Shown: positions 35,268-56,700 of the stretch, piece by piece | How positions within the stretch are numbered: position 1 is the stretch's first letter | Layout of the letters: each line of letters opens with the position of its first letter | Assembly: GCF_009914755.1 (NCBI RefSeq) | Contig: NC_060943.1 | DNA from: the human T2T-CHM13v2.0 reference genome, Homo sapiens | Direction: 5' to 3' (one strand) | Length of the DNA stretch: 64,000 bases | Made by a program: the position numbers and the translations under genes | Notes under the pieces: model-generated | Seen by the model: the letters and a program-made list of their open reading frames with translations, nothing else | What the model was told of the DNA's origin: nothing | The model's database searches: none

Positions 35268-36770
35268 CTCCCTCTCCCCTCTCCCCTCTGCCTCTCTTTC
35301 CACGGTCTCCCTCTGATGCCGAGCCGAAGCTGGACTGTACTGCTGCCATATCGGCTCACTGCAACCTCCCTGCCTGATTCTCCTGCCTCAGCCTGCCTAG
35401 TGCCTGCGAGCGCCGCCACGCCTGACTGGTTTTCGTACTTTTTTGGTGGAGACGGGGTTTCACTGTGTTGGCCGGGCTCGTCTCCAGCTTCTAACCGCGA
35501 GTGATCCACCAGCCTCGGCCTCCCGAGGTGCCAGGATTGCAGGCGGAGTCTCGTTCACTCAGTGCTCAATGGTGCCCAGGCTGGGGTGCAGTGGCGTGAT
35601 CTCAGCTGGCTACAACCTCCACCTCCCAGCCGCCTGCCTTGGCCTCCCAAAGTACCGAGATTGCAGCCTCTGCCCGGCCGCCACCCAGTCTGGGAAGTGA
35701 GGAGCGTCTCTGCCTGGCCACCCATCATCTGGGATGTGAGGAGCCCCTCTGCCTGGCTGCCCAGTCGGAAAGTGAGGAGCGTCTCTGCCCAGCCGCCATC
35801 CTGTCTAGGAAGTGAGGAGCGTCTCTGCCTGGCTGCCCATCGTCTGGGATGAAGTGAGGAGCATCTCTGCCCGGCTGCCCATCGTCTGAGATGTGGGGAG
35901 TGCCTCTGCCCCGCCGCCCCGTCTGGGATGTGAGGAGCGCCTCTGCCCCGCCGCCCCGTCTGGGATGTGAGGAGTGCCTCTGCCCGGCCGCGACCCTGTC
36001 TGGGAGGTGAGGAGCATCTCTGCCCGGCCGCCCCATCTGAGAAGTGAGGAGACCCTCCGCCCGGCAGGGGCCCCGTCCGGGAGGGAGGTGGGGGGGGTCA
36101 GCCCCCCGCCCGGCCAGCCGCCCCGTCCTGGAGGTGAGGGGCGCCTCTGCCCGGCGGTCCCTACTGGGAAGTGAGGAGCCCCTCTGCCCGGCCACCACCC
36201 CGTCTGGGAAGTGTACCCACCAGCTCATTGAGAACGGGCCATGATGACAATGGCAGTTTTGTGGAATAGAAAAGGGGGAAAGGTGGGGAAAAGATTGAGA
36301 AATCGGATGGTTGCTGTGTCTGTGTAGAAAGAGGTAGACATGGGACACTTTTCATTTTGTTCTGTACTAAGAAAAATTCTTCTGCCTTGGGATCCTGTTG
36401 ACCTATGACCTTACCCCCACCCCTGTGCTCTCTGAAACAGGTGCTGTGTCCACTCAGGGTTAAATGGATTAAGGGCGGTGCAAGATGTGCTTTGTTAAAC
36501 AGATGCTTGAAGGCAGCATGCTCGTTAAGAGTCATCACCACTCCCTAATCTCAAGTACCCAGGGACACAAACACTGCGGAAGGCCGCAGGGTCCTCTGCC
36601 TAGGAAAACCAGAGACCTTTGTTCACTTGTTTATCTGCTGACCTTCCCTCCACTATTGTCCTATGACCCTGCCAAATCCCCCTCTGCGAGAAACACCCAA
36701 GAATGATCAATACAAAAAAAAATAAATAAAAAATAAAAATAAATAAAAGATTAAAACACACACACACACA
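35268..36770 (+). mobile_element. Near full-length SVA (SVA_D-like) in ZNF intron 2
   Basis: Short CCCTCT tract, Alu-like domain, GC-rich VNTR (~35680-36210), SINE-R (~36225-36712) and A-rich tail. TSD AAAATATTGCA (35255-35265 / 36771-36781). Confidence 0.95.
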
Positions 36771-36829
36771 AAAATATTGCAGCTTCCACCTGAAAATCTA
36801 ATTGCCACCACCAATTTTTGATTCAGTAG

Positions 36830-37105
<276 letters not shown>

Positions 37106-37296
37106 TGATCTACCTGTCTTGGCCTCCCAGAATGCTGGGATTACAGGCATGAGCCACTGCACCAGGCAAATTGAAAATATTTTCTAAATATTTAGAAATT
37201 GCTGTTATAAATTTGTATTTTGGTATTAATTTACCAGAATATTTTGTCACATCGTCTTTGCTGAGCACATTACTAGCTTGTAATTGGAGAATATGA

Positions 37297-37437
<141 letters not shown>

Positions 37438-38563
37438 TGAAAATGAATACAACAGATGACACAGGTAAGAGGTCCCAAGGTGAAAGAGAAAGCCAGTCCT
37501 TAAAGTGTGATTCAGGAAGCTGTGTTCCAAAGAAATACTTCCTGGGCAGCTGTTTTATTTATTTATTTATTTATTTTTTAAATTTTGCTCTCACAAAGGG
37601 GCATCTTCTGTCTTATGCTTTTAAATTCTCTAAAAATTCTACTTTTCTTTCAGTGAGCTTCCTTCAAGTTCACAGTGAGAGCCAAAGTCCTCTTCATGGC
37701 ATATAAGAGACTGCACAATCTGGCTGCTTTTTCATTGTTTTGGGGACACACAAATATCTGCATGATTTTGAGAAACTAAAACTATTTTTTAGTTCTCTTT
37801 TTGCATCAGGTCTGAAATATGTGAGAGTAGTAGTTTCTGTTGCATTTTTTTGTTCATTTTTGTTCACAGTCCATTCTATTTTTATTATGACACAGTCTTG
37901 AAATATAGTTTGAAATTTTAAGTATGATATCCTTCTGCTTTGTTCTTTTTCCTCAAGATTGCTTTGGCTATTCAAAGTTTGTTTTAGTTTCATGTAAATT
38001 TTAGAATTGTCTTTTCCATTACTGTAAAAAAAACCACTGCAATTTTGATGGGAAGTTTATTGAATCTATAGATCACTTTGGATAATATGAAACTTTAATG
38101 ATATTCTTTCAATCCGTAGACATAAATATTTTAAAATTAATTTTGATCTTCTAATTTTTTTATTTTTTTACTGTAAACATTTTTTACCTCCTTGGTTAAT
38201 GTTTTTCTCAGAAATTTGTTATTTAATGCTACATTAAATAAGATTTTTTCTTCCTTATCAGATAGTTTGTTTTAAGTATATGAAACCATACATATACTTG
38301 TGTGTTAATTTTATATTTTGCTAATTTACTGAGTTTATTTATTAGTTTAGACAGGTTTTAATGTACTGTTTATGGTTTTTTAAATATAGGATTCTATGAT
38401 CTACAAACAGCAACTGTTGACCTATGTTTCTTCATCTGAAGAAATCCATAATTTTAGATTCAGATATTTAGGACAATATGCTAGAATGTTCATGGTATGC
38501 CTGAAGTAAATTAGATAATTTGTAGGGACCCATATTTACTAAACTAGTTACTTATGCATTTAA

Positions 38564-39134
<571 letters not shown>

Positions 39135-40083
39135 TGATTCTCTTACCTCAGCCTTCCAAGCAGCTGGGATTACAGGTGCATGTCACATCACCAAGCTAAT
39201 TTTTATATTTTTAGTGAAATGGTATTTCACCATTTTGGCCAGGCTGGTCTCAAACCTCTGACCTCAAGTTATCTGCCCATATCAGGCTCCCAAAGTGCTA
39301 GAATTACAGGCTTAAGCCACTGCACCTGGCCTGTGTTACATAGTTTAGATATAGATTTATAAATGAGGAACATTTATAACATTTTAAAATAATGGCTGCG
39401 TCTTTGTTTTCCACCAGCAATCAACATTGGTTTTATTTTTATTGCACCTAATGGGTGTGAGGTGATTTTGTTGGCATTGTGCTTTTTTTTGATTTCTCTA
39501 CAAATTAGTAATTTTGTATGTTCTTTCAAATGTTTTTTTCCCTTTTGTGCATTTTATGTCTTGTATTTAGTTTAAAATATATTATTGTATCATTCAAGGA
39601 AATAATCCAACTTTATTTTATCAGTGTTGACATTCAGTTTTCAACATCATTTTTTGAAGAGATTATTTCTATTTCATATGCATGGCAACTTTCTGGAAGA
39701 TTATGTGATCATATACAGAAGGGTTTATTTCTGGGCTCTCTATTCTGTTCTTTCATCTGTTTGTCTTTGTGTCAGTATCACTTTTTTATGTTACTGTAGG
39801 TTTTAACTGTAGGTTGTATTGACATCTTTGAAAAATAAAATATTTTGCCCCTGAGCAAGAATATGTTGAAGAGTGTGTTTCATATTCACATATTTGTGAA
39901 TTTGCCAGTTTGACTTTTGCTTTTAATTCTTAATTTCATTCAGTTTTTGTTAGAAAACACACAGTGTATAATTTTAGTGTTTCTAAAGTGATTGGTTGTT
40001 GTTTTGAGACAAGATCTTACTGTCACAGTGGCATAATTGTGGCTCACTGTAGCCTCAGACTCCTGGGCTCAAGTGATTCTTTC

Positions 40084-40237
40084 TTTTTTTTAAATTTTTT
40101 AAATTTTTTTATTACACTTTAAGTTTTAGGGTACATGTGCACAATGTGCAGGTTAGTTATATATGTATACATGTGCCATGCTGGTGTGCTGCACCCATTA
40201 ACTCATCATTTAGCATTAGGTATATCTCCTAATACTA
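40084..40237 (-). mobile_element. Short 5'-truncated younger L1PA (L1PA2-4-like) 3' end inside an Alu
   Basis: CTTTAAGTTTTAGGGTACATGTGCACAATGTGCAGGTTAG. TSD AAGTGATTCTTTC (40071-40083 / 40238-40250). Confidence 0.85.
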
Positions 40238-40553
40238 AAGTGATTCTTTCACCTCAGTTTTTTGAGTAGGTAGGACTGTAGACATGCACTACCATGTCTG
40301 GCTAATTGTTTACTTGTTTGTAGTGTTAGGATCTCACTATGATGCCCAGGCTGTTCTCAAACTTTTGGCCTCAATGGATCTCCAAAGTGTTAGGATTATA
40401 GGCAAGAGCCATGGCACCCAGTAGATATTTTTAAATTTAATAAAACTTGGTATATGTCCTAACAGAATACACCAGAAGCAAATAAGAATATTGTATATTA
40501 TCTTGGTTTTGACTGGAGAGTTTTGTATGTGTCTTTGAACCCTAGTTGGTCTA

Positions 40554-40960
40554 TAATATGGTTTGGATGTCCATGTTGTCCAAACCTCATGCTGGGATAT
40601 AAATCTTCAATGTTGGATGTGGGACCTGGTGGGACTTGTTTGGGTCATGAGGGTGAATTTCTCACGAATGGCTTGGTACATACTCTTCATAACCAAAAAG
40701 TTTACACTCTATCAATTCAAATAAGAGCTGGTTCATTAAGAGAACTTGGCTCCTTCACCTCACACTTGCTCTGTCTCTTACCATGTAATATACCCAGTTA
40801 CACTTTACCTTCCACCATGATTTTAAGCTTCCTGAAATCCTCATCAGAAGCAGATGCTGACACACACTTCTTGTACAGTCTGGTGAGCTGTGAGTCAAAT
40901 AAACATTTTTTCTTTATAAATTATGCACTCTCAACTATTCTTCTATATGTAAAATAATTA
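40554..40960 (+). mobile_element. MST-type MaLR LTR
   Basis: TAATATGGTTTGGATGTCC...; paralog of 4575-4976. The two ORF-track peptides (4575-5036 and 40523-40957) are clearly homologous. Confidence 0.75.
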
Positions 40961-41475
40961 ATATGGTCTATAATGTTATCTCAGCTTTCTTTTTCTTATT
41001 TTTTATCTGAGTTTTCTATTTATTATTGCAAATGGGGTCTTGATGTCTACAATGATTATGTTGCTATGTATGTCTTGCTTCACTTTTGTCAATATTTGCT
41101 TTATATATTTTGAAGCCCTGATGTTATATACACATATACATAGAGATAGATAAGTAGTATAGATCCCTGCTAAATCAACTCACTTTTGCCATAATATAAT
41201 ATCAATCTTTTCTCATGGTAGTACTTGACTTAAAGCATATTCTGTCTAATATAATTATGACCACCTCACTCAATTGTGGTTACTATCTTCATGGAATATA
41301 ACTTTTTTTCATTCTGTTAATTTCAGCCTATTTGACTCAATGTTAAAATGATCTCTCATAGGCAGCATAGTGTATACTTTTTGAAAAACCATTCAGGCAT
41401 TCTATATCTTTTTCTTTATATAATTTTATTTATATGTTCATTTATTTATTCATTTTATTTAATTTTATTTTTTGA

Positions 41476-41895
<420 letters not shown>

Positions 41896-42376
41896 TGAGT
41901 AACTGAGATTACAGGTGCCTGCCACCACACCTGTCTAATTTTTTCTGTTTTTAGTGGAGATGGAGTTTCACCATCTTGGCCAGGCTGCTTTTGAACTTCT
42001 GACCTCATGATCAACCCATGTCAGCCTCCCAAAGTGCTGGGATTACTGGCGTGAGCCATTGCGCCCAACCAGCAATTTACTTTTAAAGACACAATATTAT
42101 ACTGGAGAGCAGGAAGAGCTCTGTTGGGTATAAGTAACAGACTTTTCTTTTTCTTCTATGTGGCTCTTTGCATTGTGCTCACCTGGGGCCCTTCATCCAT
42201 TTAACCCATTTATAAATTTTTTACAAATGTATTTTGGTCAGTATGTTTTTGTTACCTTTATATGTCCAGGAAGAAATTACAGCTTGTGGTATTTTGCTAT
42301 GTCATCTTGCTTATGTAGTTTGTATAATTTTATAGGTTAGATTTGTAAAGTATATTTATCTGAGTCTAGCAATTGA

Positions 42377-44150
<1,774 letters not shown>

Positions 44151-45037
44151 AAGAGTATTGTGAAGACAACTATTACAAATATAAAGGGGGTTATAGTACA
44201 TTTACTTGTATCACTGATCCTATTGCACACACTTTGCACTAGAGGAAAACCTTGAAGCAGTTGCTCAAGCTTTGTTCAACAACAGGGAATTTATATTGGA
44301 GATGAGTCCTGCAAATGTAATAAGCTTAGAAACACTTATTTTTTTTTTCAGAAACTACAGCTTAGAAAACACCAGAGAGTTTATACCAAAATATAATTTT
44401 GCAAATGTGGTAAATATAAAAAACTAATTCAAAATAGAATGTATTTAAATATCAGAGAATTTACAGTAGAATAACTAAGGCACTGACACTTCAGACATTA
44501 CACTAAATCAGAGTGTTGAGTATAAAAACTAATCCACAACTACAGTTTTTAGATAAATGATTTGCATGTAACTGTAAAAGGAGTAGATTTTTGGAAGCAT
44601 TGTAATTACATTGAAAGTATACTTGTTTCCTTGAATAAAATTTTTTGAAAACTGCATAATGATGTCATACAGCTTTTAAATTACTTTACGCTGTTATTTT
44701 ACTCTTATTCACATGTGAAAGGACGTGATAAATTGCTTCTGCATCAGAGATATTAGAGATTTTTGAAAATTATTTGGACATTATGACTTTTTCTATAAAA
44801 GAGTAAGGACATTAAAATGTAAGATGCATAATGAAAATATAAGCGGAGAGGCTTTTTGTAGTAAACCTCTATTAAGTAATGTATAAGGTAAATGTTCAGA
44901 GCAATACTTTTCTACATTATAGTGACATAAATAATTATAGTTAAAAGTATATTAAAATAAATTAGTATATTATTTTACTAATTGTAGTTTTATGTAATAA
45001 AATGCAGTACATCTAACAATTGTTAGGGCTGGGCTCA

Positions 45038-45328
<291 letters not shown>

Positions 45329-45821
45329 TTAGATTATGTGTGAACTCAATTTTATTATTATTTTTTACCATGTTAATACTATTGTGCATTTAATGAAGCA
45401 TTATTATGCCACTAACTTTAACCTATCCCACCTTACTCAAGGGTGTAGCTACAAGATGGTAGCAACATACTATTTGGTACATAGTGGAATAACATCTCTA
45501 GTTATCACTTTGCCAGTGGCATTAAACTGCAAAAGAGTTAAAGAATATTGTTCCCATAGATTAAATTTTTACTCTTTTTTCTTATCAAAATTTGTTATTG
45601 TATTTGTGGGTATATAGTATGTGTATGTATTTATGCCTTATATGGCATATTTTGATTGAGGCCTACAATATGTAGTAATTACATTAGGGTAAATAAGGTA
45701 TCCATCACCTCTAGCGTTTATCCTTTGTATTACCAACAGTATAATTATATGCTTTCATTATTTTAAAATGTACAATTAAATTGTTATTGACTACAGGATT
45801 TTTTTATGGTCATAATAATTA

Positions 45822-46169
<348 letters not shown>

Positions 46170-46801
46170 TTAATAAATATTTGTCATATAGTTTTCTTTG
46201 AACATGTGGTCTCTCTGCCTGCAAGCATATAGACTTTTAGTTTTAATTTACATAGAGTTAAATATACTCATATTACTCTGAAGATAAACCTTAGGTGTAA
46301 GAAAAATATAAAGTGAGTGTTTTTGTCTGAGTATGAGTTTGTACACATTTTCAGAAGCAAAGAGCAATTATTGCAACAAAGGAAATTATTTTAATTAGGT
46401 GACTAACTAAACACCTTGAAAATGCTGAAAGCAAATCTATACTTTCTGCTTTGTATTCAGTTTATTAATGTAAACTGTTAAGGCTTATGATTCAGATTCT
46501 CCCCGGAATCTGCCTATTAAAGCACAGACAACTTTGTCTCCAGAAACAACACTCTTGAGTACAACAATAAAACCCCTCTTCAAACAGAAAAAAAAATAAT
46601 TTTTAACAATTACCTTTATAAACATTCAACAAAATTAAATAATTGGATATATTTTTATTGTTCTGTGTGTGTGTGAATGTATAAAATGGTGCATACAGGA
46701 AAAATAAGCCAGAAGAAAGATGTTAGTTAATATTCACAGTGAATAAAACTGGAAAGTAGTTAATTATTAAATCCAGATGATAGCTTTGTTTATGTAGATA
46801 A

Positions 46802-46976
<175 letters not shown>

Positions 46977-48233
46977 TAATTTTTGTAGTTTCAGTAGAGA
47001 CAGGGTTTCATCATGTTGGCCAGGCTGGTCTCAAACTCCTGACCTCTTGATATGCCCACATCAGCCTCCCACAGTGCTGGTATTACAGGCATGAACCACC
47101 GTGACCGGCAAAATACTATTTTAAAAGTTTATTTAGGTGGATAGACAACATTCTAAGATAATACCCTGGATTCTCAGTCTGTTGCACACCTGCTGTGTAA
47201 TACTCTCCTCTTGAGTTTAAAAACATGTGTGACTGTGGTGGGAAATCATTCATGATATTAGGTTACTCATGTGTTAACTTTGTGTTTATCAAAATGGAGA
47301 TTATCCTTATTGTGCTAAACTTAATCAGAGGTGCTTTTAAGAGAAAGAGACACATCACAGAAAAACACCCCTGCTGGCCTGAAAGTCAGTGACTTCTTCG
47401 TGGAACATGTAAGCTGCTTATGGTGGCCATATGGCGGGAAACATGTTTGTTTATTGTCATCATTCCTGCCTCCTGTATGTTGATTCCAGTAAGGAGAATA
47501 AGAGGATCGTATGGCAGAGGGGAAAAAAAGGACTCTCATTCATGCAAGAAATAAACACCTCTCACCTGGGATAGCTTAAGAGAAACAGGAGACCACAACA
47601 GGTCCACATTAATGGGAGGAAAAGGGTAACCTGGGTAAAAGTGCTCACTGGCATTATGGAACAGTATTTAGTAAGCTGTAGTGAATGATCAGCCTCTGGG
47701 ATACCAATAGTCTACCAACAAGGCTGAACTCATTCTATTTCAATCAGCATGTCTGCACCATTCTGGCGACCCAGGTTTACACTATTCATTGAAGAAATAC
47801 CATGAAGACCAGTGGGTAATGTCCTAGAATTGAACTTACTTCAAAAAGCATACCTAATTGTTTGTTTTTACATTTGAAAAACTTTTAAAACAATGAACTT
47901 ATAATTAACTTCTAATTACAGAAGATTCTACTGTACTGTTACATGATTAAATTGTAAACACCTTAATATGAAGATTTTTTGAATGCATGATTAGTTATGT
48001 AGATAGTTTCTTTTAGAGTCACATGACCAAAGTAACAATTAGAGAAAACATTTGAAATGAGACAAAATTAACCAAAACCACATCTTTTCAAAGGCTTGGC
48101 ATAATTGCCATATTTATGGAAATGGCCAGATGACTAACAAGAAACAAAAAGATTTTGGCTTTGCTCAATGATTGTTTTTGACCTTTTGAAATCTAAAATC
48201 CTGGCTAAAGTATTCAAAGGGAATATTTTGTAG

Positions 48234-48554
<321 letters not shown>

Positions 48555-48914
48555 TGATAGGCAGAAAAATGCAGATTATATACACTCATTGCTCTACTCT
48601 GATTTGCTTCAACGCTGAAAAATTGAAGATTGTAAATGTAGTCTCAATTTAGAGAAAATTATCAAAATATTTATTTTTCAAAAAAGCAAATGTATAAAAT
48701 TAATGGGTATCAGGTGTCATTAGCTGCTAAAAAAATAGTATGACTAAATTTAGTAAGTATCTAGCTATGCAAATAACAGCCTAATTAAATTAACACCCTA
48801 ATAGGTGCATGTGGAAAGCATTGCTGTGCACTGTGGTGCACCCAGACTCAGCATTTTCTTCTGCCTCTTCACAGAGATACCAATTCCCCCTGAGTTACTC
48901 AGTGTCCATACTGT

Positions 48915-49816
<902 letters not shown>

Positions 49817-51679
49817 CTGGGAACTGAGAATGCTGTGTTCAGAGTGATTACCGAAAACATGGTTAATACACTTCTTCCATATGATAATAAAATGTTATAA
49901 ATCTTACTCTGCCTCAGAAAAGCTTTTACTAAAACATTATCTATAGTACTCAATTAGAGTTCATGGAAAATTTCAATATTCCAAATAATTCAGACAGTTA
50001 AATGTCAATGAAATCCCATAAAACATTTGAATAAGATAAGTCTTCTTAGCAAATAATTTTATATTACTGGTAAATTTAGAAAAAAAAAATAGAAAACCAG
50101 GCCAAATGTGGTGGCTCACACCTGTAATCTCAGCACTTTGGGAGGCTGAGGTGGGTGGAAATCCCATCTCTACTAAAAATATAAAAATTTGTTGGGCGTG
50201 GTGGCACATGCCTGTAATCGCGGGTATTGAGAAGGCTGAGGCAGGAGAATCGCCTAAACCTGGGAGGTGGAGGTTACAGTGCGTGGAGATGGTGCCACTG
50301 CACTCCAGCCTGGATGACAAGAGCAAAACTCCATCTCAAAAAAAAAAAAAAAAGGATTTTTTTTTGTTTTTTTTTTTCTGTGTTGACTTACTTTACTTAG
50401 CATAATATCTTTCAGGTTCATGAATGTTGCAAATAACAAGATTGTCTTACTTTAGGGGCTGAATAGCATTTCATTGTTTACATACACCATATTTTCTCTC
50501 TTCATTCACTTCTTGATGGACACTTAGATTAATACCTTAGCTATTGCGAGTAATCCACTTCTTTCCTTCTCTTTTGTTTTTGTTTCGTTTTGTGTGAGAC
50601 GGCGTCTCTTTCTGTCGCCCAAGCTGGAGTGTAGTGGCATGATGTCTGCTCACTGTAAACTCTGCCTCCCAGGTTCAAGTGATTCTCATGCCTAAGCTTC
50701 CTGAGTAGCTGAGATTACAGGTGTGTGCCACCACACCAGGCTAATTTTTGTATTTTTAATAGAGGCAGGCTTTCTTTATGTTGACCAGGCTGCCTTTCAT
50801 TTGTTTGTATATTTCTTTCTCCCTTTCCTTCTTTATTTCTAGAAGTATTTTACTTTTAAAATATAAATTATGACTGTTATAAACCTTCATTTCTCTGTCT
50901 TTGCTTACTATTATGGCTGATTAAAAATAAGTTTTTTGAAATTTCCTGGATAAAGTTATTATTTCATTATTAACATAACGAGAAAATATAGAAAGGAAAA
51001 CCAACATTTGTTAGTAAAACAGAAATTATCTAGCTACTGGTAGTGATTTAGTCTCTCACCCAACATGAATGCTACATCTTGGTGTCATCTCTCCCAGTCG
51101 TATGAAAGAGGCTACTGATCAAATTGGTCAGCATAAAATTTTGTGAAGTTTAACACCTTTGTTCTAAAAATTAAGCTGATCTATTACCAAAAAAGTAGAT
51201 TTTTTGATATGTATAATTTGACTCTATTTAAATTCCGCAGAAAAATTAAACTGACAACATATATTTAAAAGTTTTTTGAGGGCTGGGTGCGGTGGCTCAT
51301 GCCTGTAATCCCAGCACTTTGGGAGGCCAAGGCGGGCGGATCTCGAGGTCAGGAGATTGAGACCATCCTGGCTAACACGGTGAAACCCCGTCTCTACTGA
51401 AAATACAAAAAATTAGACGGGAGTGGTGGTGGGCGCCTGTAGTGCCAGGTACTCGGGAGGCTGAGGCAGGAGAATGGCGTGAACCTGGGAGGCGGAGCTT
51501 GCAGTGAGCTTGTGCCACTGCACTCCAGCCTGGGTGACAGAGCGAGACTCCATCTCAAAAAAAAAAATTTTTTTTGGAAATTAAAAATGCTTAAGAAACA
51601 TATTTATAGAAACTAAAAGTAAAAATAATTTTAGATTCTTAGAGAACATCTCTAAAATACTTCAAGTTATCCTCTGAGA

Positions 51680-51772
51680 GTATATATATATATATATGTA
51701 TATATATGTGTGTATATATATAAACACACACATATATATACATATATATATATATATACATATGCATGCATA
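51680..51772. repeat. (TA)n/(CA)n/(TG)n microsatellite
   Basis: Direct reading of the dinucleotide tract. Confidence 0.85.
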
Positions 51773-51799
51773 TTTTTTTTTGTTTTTTTCTTTTTTTGA

Positions 51800-53704
<1,905 letters not shown>

Positions 53705-56700
53705 AGTGGCTACAGATTCATTAAGGTATGCCCAAAATTGTAAATGTAAATAGCCCATGAACACCAAGAAGAAATGCAGGGCCCTATATGCTAACCTGGA
53801 CAGTATGTATAACACAGCTTTACTGTCACTTTATTTACAAGGCCTGAAACCTGAAGCTGAAGCTTTACGTTTATATAAACAACACTGTATGGCTATGTTT
53901 CATTCTGACATGCTATTGAGCAAAAGAGAAGGCAATTAATTCTGCATCTGCATCCTTAGTATATGCTCTATATTTTAAAAAGTGGGAAAATATTGTATGT
54001 ATACATTAATATTTACATAGATACATTCATATAAGTTTGTGAGTGTTTATGTAGCTACCATATGTGTACATATATTCATACACATACCTAAGTGTATATA
54101 AATATATATATGAAGCTGTAACAATTTTTGTATTTATATTCATACAAAATAAAGATGTTGAATGTGGAAGTATTGATAGCTATTGCTACAAACAGTAATA
54201 CAGAACCTTCCATACCTGTATAAAAATATTTTCTCTATAGACTACTATATCTAGAATAGTACAGAAATAGAGGAATGCTCTAATATACATCCTGCTGCAG
54301 TTAATATATTCAAAGGGAGCATTGGGCTTTGTTTTGCACTTCTGGAAGATGAAAATTTACTAAGACCATTGGAGTTATTTACTGCCATGTCAGGGTTGAC
54401 TTTTCTTTTATTGTTGTACATAGGGTCAGAGATGAACCAGCCCCAGTCCAAAGGTCTAACCTAAATATGAGAATACTTATTCTTTCTCTTTAGAACTTCC
54501 ATCGAACAAGAACTGTATTTATTTCCAAAAGTGTGTGATGTAAAATCACACTATTGTCTTTCGGTCTTTGTGGCAGAAGTTGGGTATTTATGGTAATGAA
54601 AAAGAAGTCTATGTCTCTTTTTAGAAGACAGATGGTGATGGAAGCAAATATAATGGTACATGGTACTTGGCCACATTTCAAATGGGTGATATTGAATAGT
54701 CGCTGAAGTGCCACAGGTGGCTTTTATTTCCCAGGTCAAATCTTCTTTGTGAGGAAGGCTCAGCCCACTGTTGTCAAGCATTTCTGGTAATTTCTAGATA
54801 GATGAACAAAATTTCACTGGGCTGGATTAATGAGACCAGGTTTAAAAACACCCAGGTTCCAGGTTATTAAAGACATTGTTAAATTTGTATTAAAAAAAGT
54901 GGCATGGTGTGCGGCTTGGTTTGAATAAATCTTCACTGAGCTCAGTAGCTGATTACCTAACCTGTAGGTAAAGGAATTGGAAAAACCTCTGACCAAGTTT
55001 ATTTTATAGGCTTCTTTCTGTACATGTAGATATAAAATAGGTGGCTAGATAAACATATACACATGAAATGAGTCACACGTGTATGTCTACGTAATGTTTA
55101 TTTCTGCATATGACTCTCAAAAAAAAAGCCTCAGGAATAAAGTCAGATGACATCTCGGTAAGCTACCCTGAAGCTGAGGTAAATCAAATAAGCAAATTAG
55201 CAGAAGTCGGGTGATTGCAATCAGTCAATTTGCACAGCTCAGATGATTCCAACCAGCGAAGTAGCTCAGCCCAGGTGGATACAATCATCCAATTATCTAA
55301 ATGATGACTGGCTTTGTCAAGGCAGGACCCAAATGGTGGATGTGTACAGAACATGCACACATTGAGGAGAAATGCAGGGCGCTGAAATACTAACATGGAC
55401 AGATGTGTTGTACATGGCTTTATTTTCAGCTTCTGTGGTCTTGCCCTTGAAGATAAAGCTTTGTTGATATTTACATAAAAAACATTGTATGAATATGTTC
55501 CATTCTGACATGTTATTTAGCAAAAGAAAAAAGAAGTAATTCTACATCAGCATCTTTAGTACATGCTAAAAGATTAAAAATGTTTTTTGGGAAATTTGTT
55601 TTGTATAAATATTTATATAGAAATATTTATTTAATTCTCTATGTGAGTGTTTGTCTTCCTATGTACATTTATATCTAGATGTGTCAATCTTTGTATCGAT
55701 ATGCATTGCTATGAATAGTAAGATAAAAAGTAACTTCTGGCTGGGCACTGGGGCTCACACCTGTAAGCCCAGCACTTTGAGAGGCTGAGATGAGTAGATC
55801 GCCTGAGGTCAGGAGTTCAAGACCAGCCTGGCCAACATGGTGAAAAGCCATCTCTTCTAAAAAATAAAAAAATTAGCCAGGCTTGGTGGCAGGTATCTAT
55901 ATTTCCAGCTACTTGGGAGTCTGAGGCAGGAGAATTGCTTGAACCCAGGAGGCAGAGGTTACAGTGAGCCAAGATTGAACAACTACACTCCAACATAAGC
56001 AATAGAGCAAGATTCAATCTCAAAAAGCAAACAAAAAAAAACCCCAAAATGATGATATGTAAAACCTTTAAAGTTCTTTTATAGAATATAAAAAATATGT
56101 AAATTCACATACATCTGAGAGATACACCACATAAAATAATTTTAATATCAATAACAAACTGGAAAATATAGAGGCATGGTTTATGTATTCAACTGAAGTT
56201 GTTATGAAATTTAAAAATATTGTTTTAACTTTAAGATGTATGTCATTTCCAGCTGTCAAAATGATTACAAAGATAATATTTATAGAAAGTATGCAAAAGA
56301 AAACAAAAAATAATCAAATCATGCCAGTACAAAATTAAATGAAAGTTAAGAAAGTAAATAAGGAAAAGAGAAAAATATAACTACTAGAAACACACAAAAC
56401 AATATCAGTATAACTAGTAATAACAACATCATTTCCCTAAGCAATCATTTTAAATATAAATTAATTAAACTACTTAATAAAATGAAATGTAATCTTAGGA
56501 TTTTGGAAGGCCAAGGTAGGCTGATCACTTGATCCCAGGAGTTCAAGACCAGAATTCTCAATAAAGAATACAAAAAAGGTAGCTGGGTGTGATGGCACAT
56601 ACTTGTAACCCAGCTACTTGAGAGGCTGAATGAGAGGATCATCTATCTGAGTTTGGGAGGTTCAGGCAGCAGTGAACTGAGCAAATCAGCCTGGCTGACA

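Noticed and set aside
35725-36348. 207-aa repetitive ORF on the minus strand
   Set aside because: It is an antisense reading of the GC-rich SVA VNTR, which is stop-poor by composition.
47200-47450. Possible MLT1-type MaLR fragment
   Set aside because: Too degenerate to delimit or classify by eye.
54494-54716. Possible exon (tctctttag|AAC...CAG|gtggc)
   Set aside because: All three frames contain stops, no protein is recognisable and the donor is weak. It cannot be supported without transcript data.
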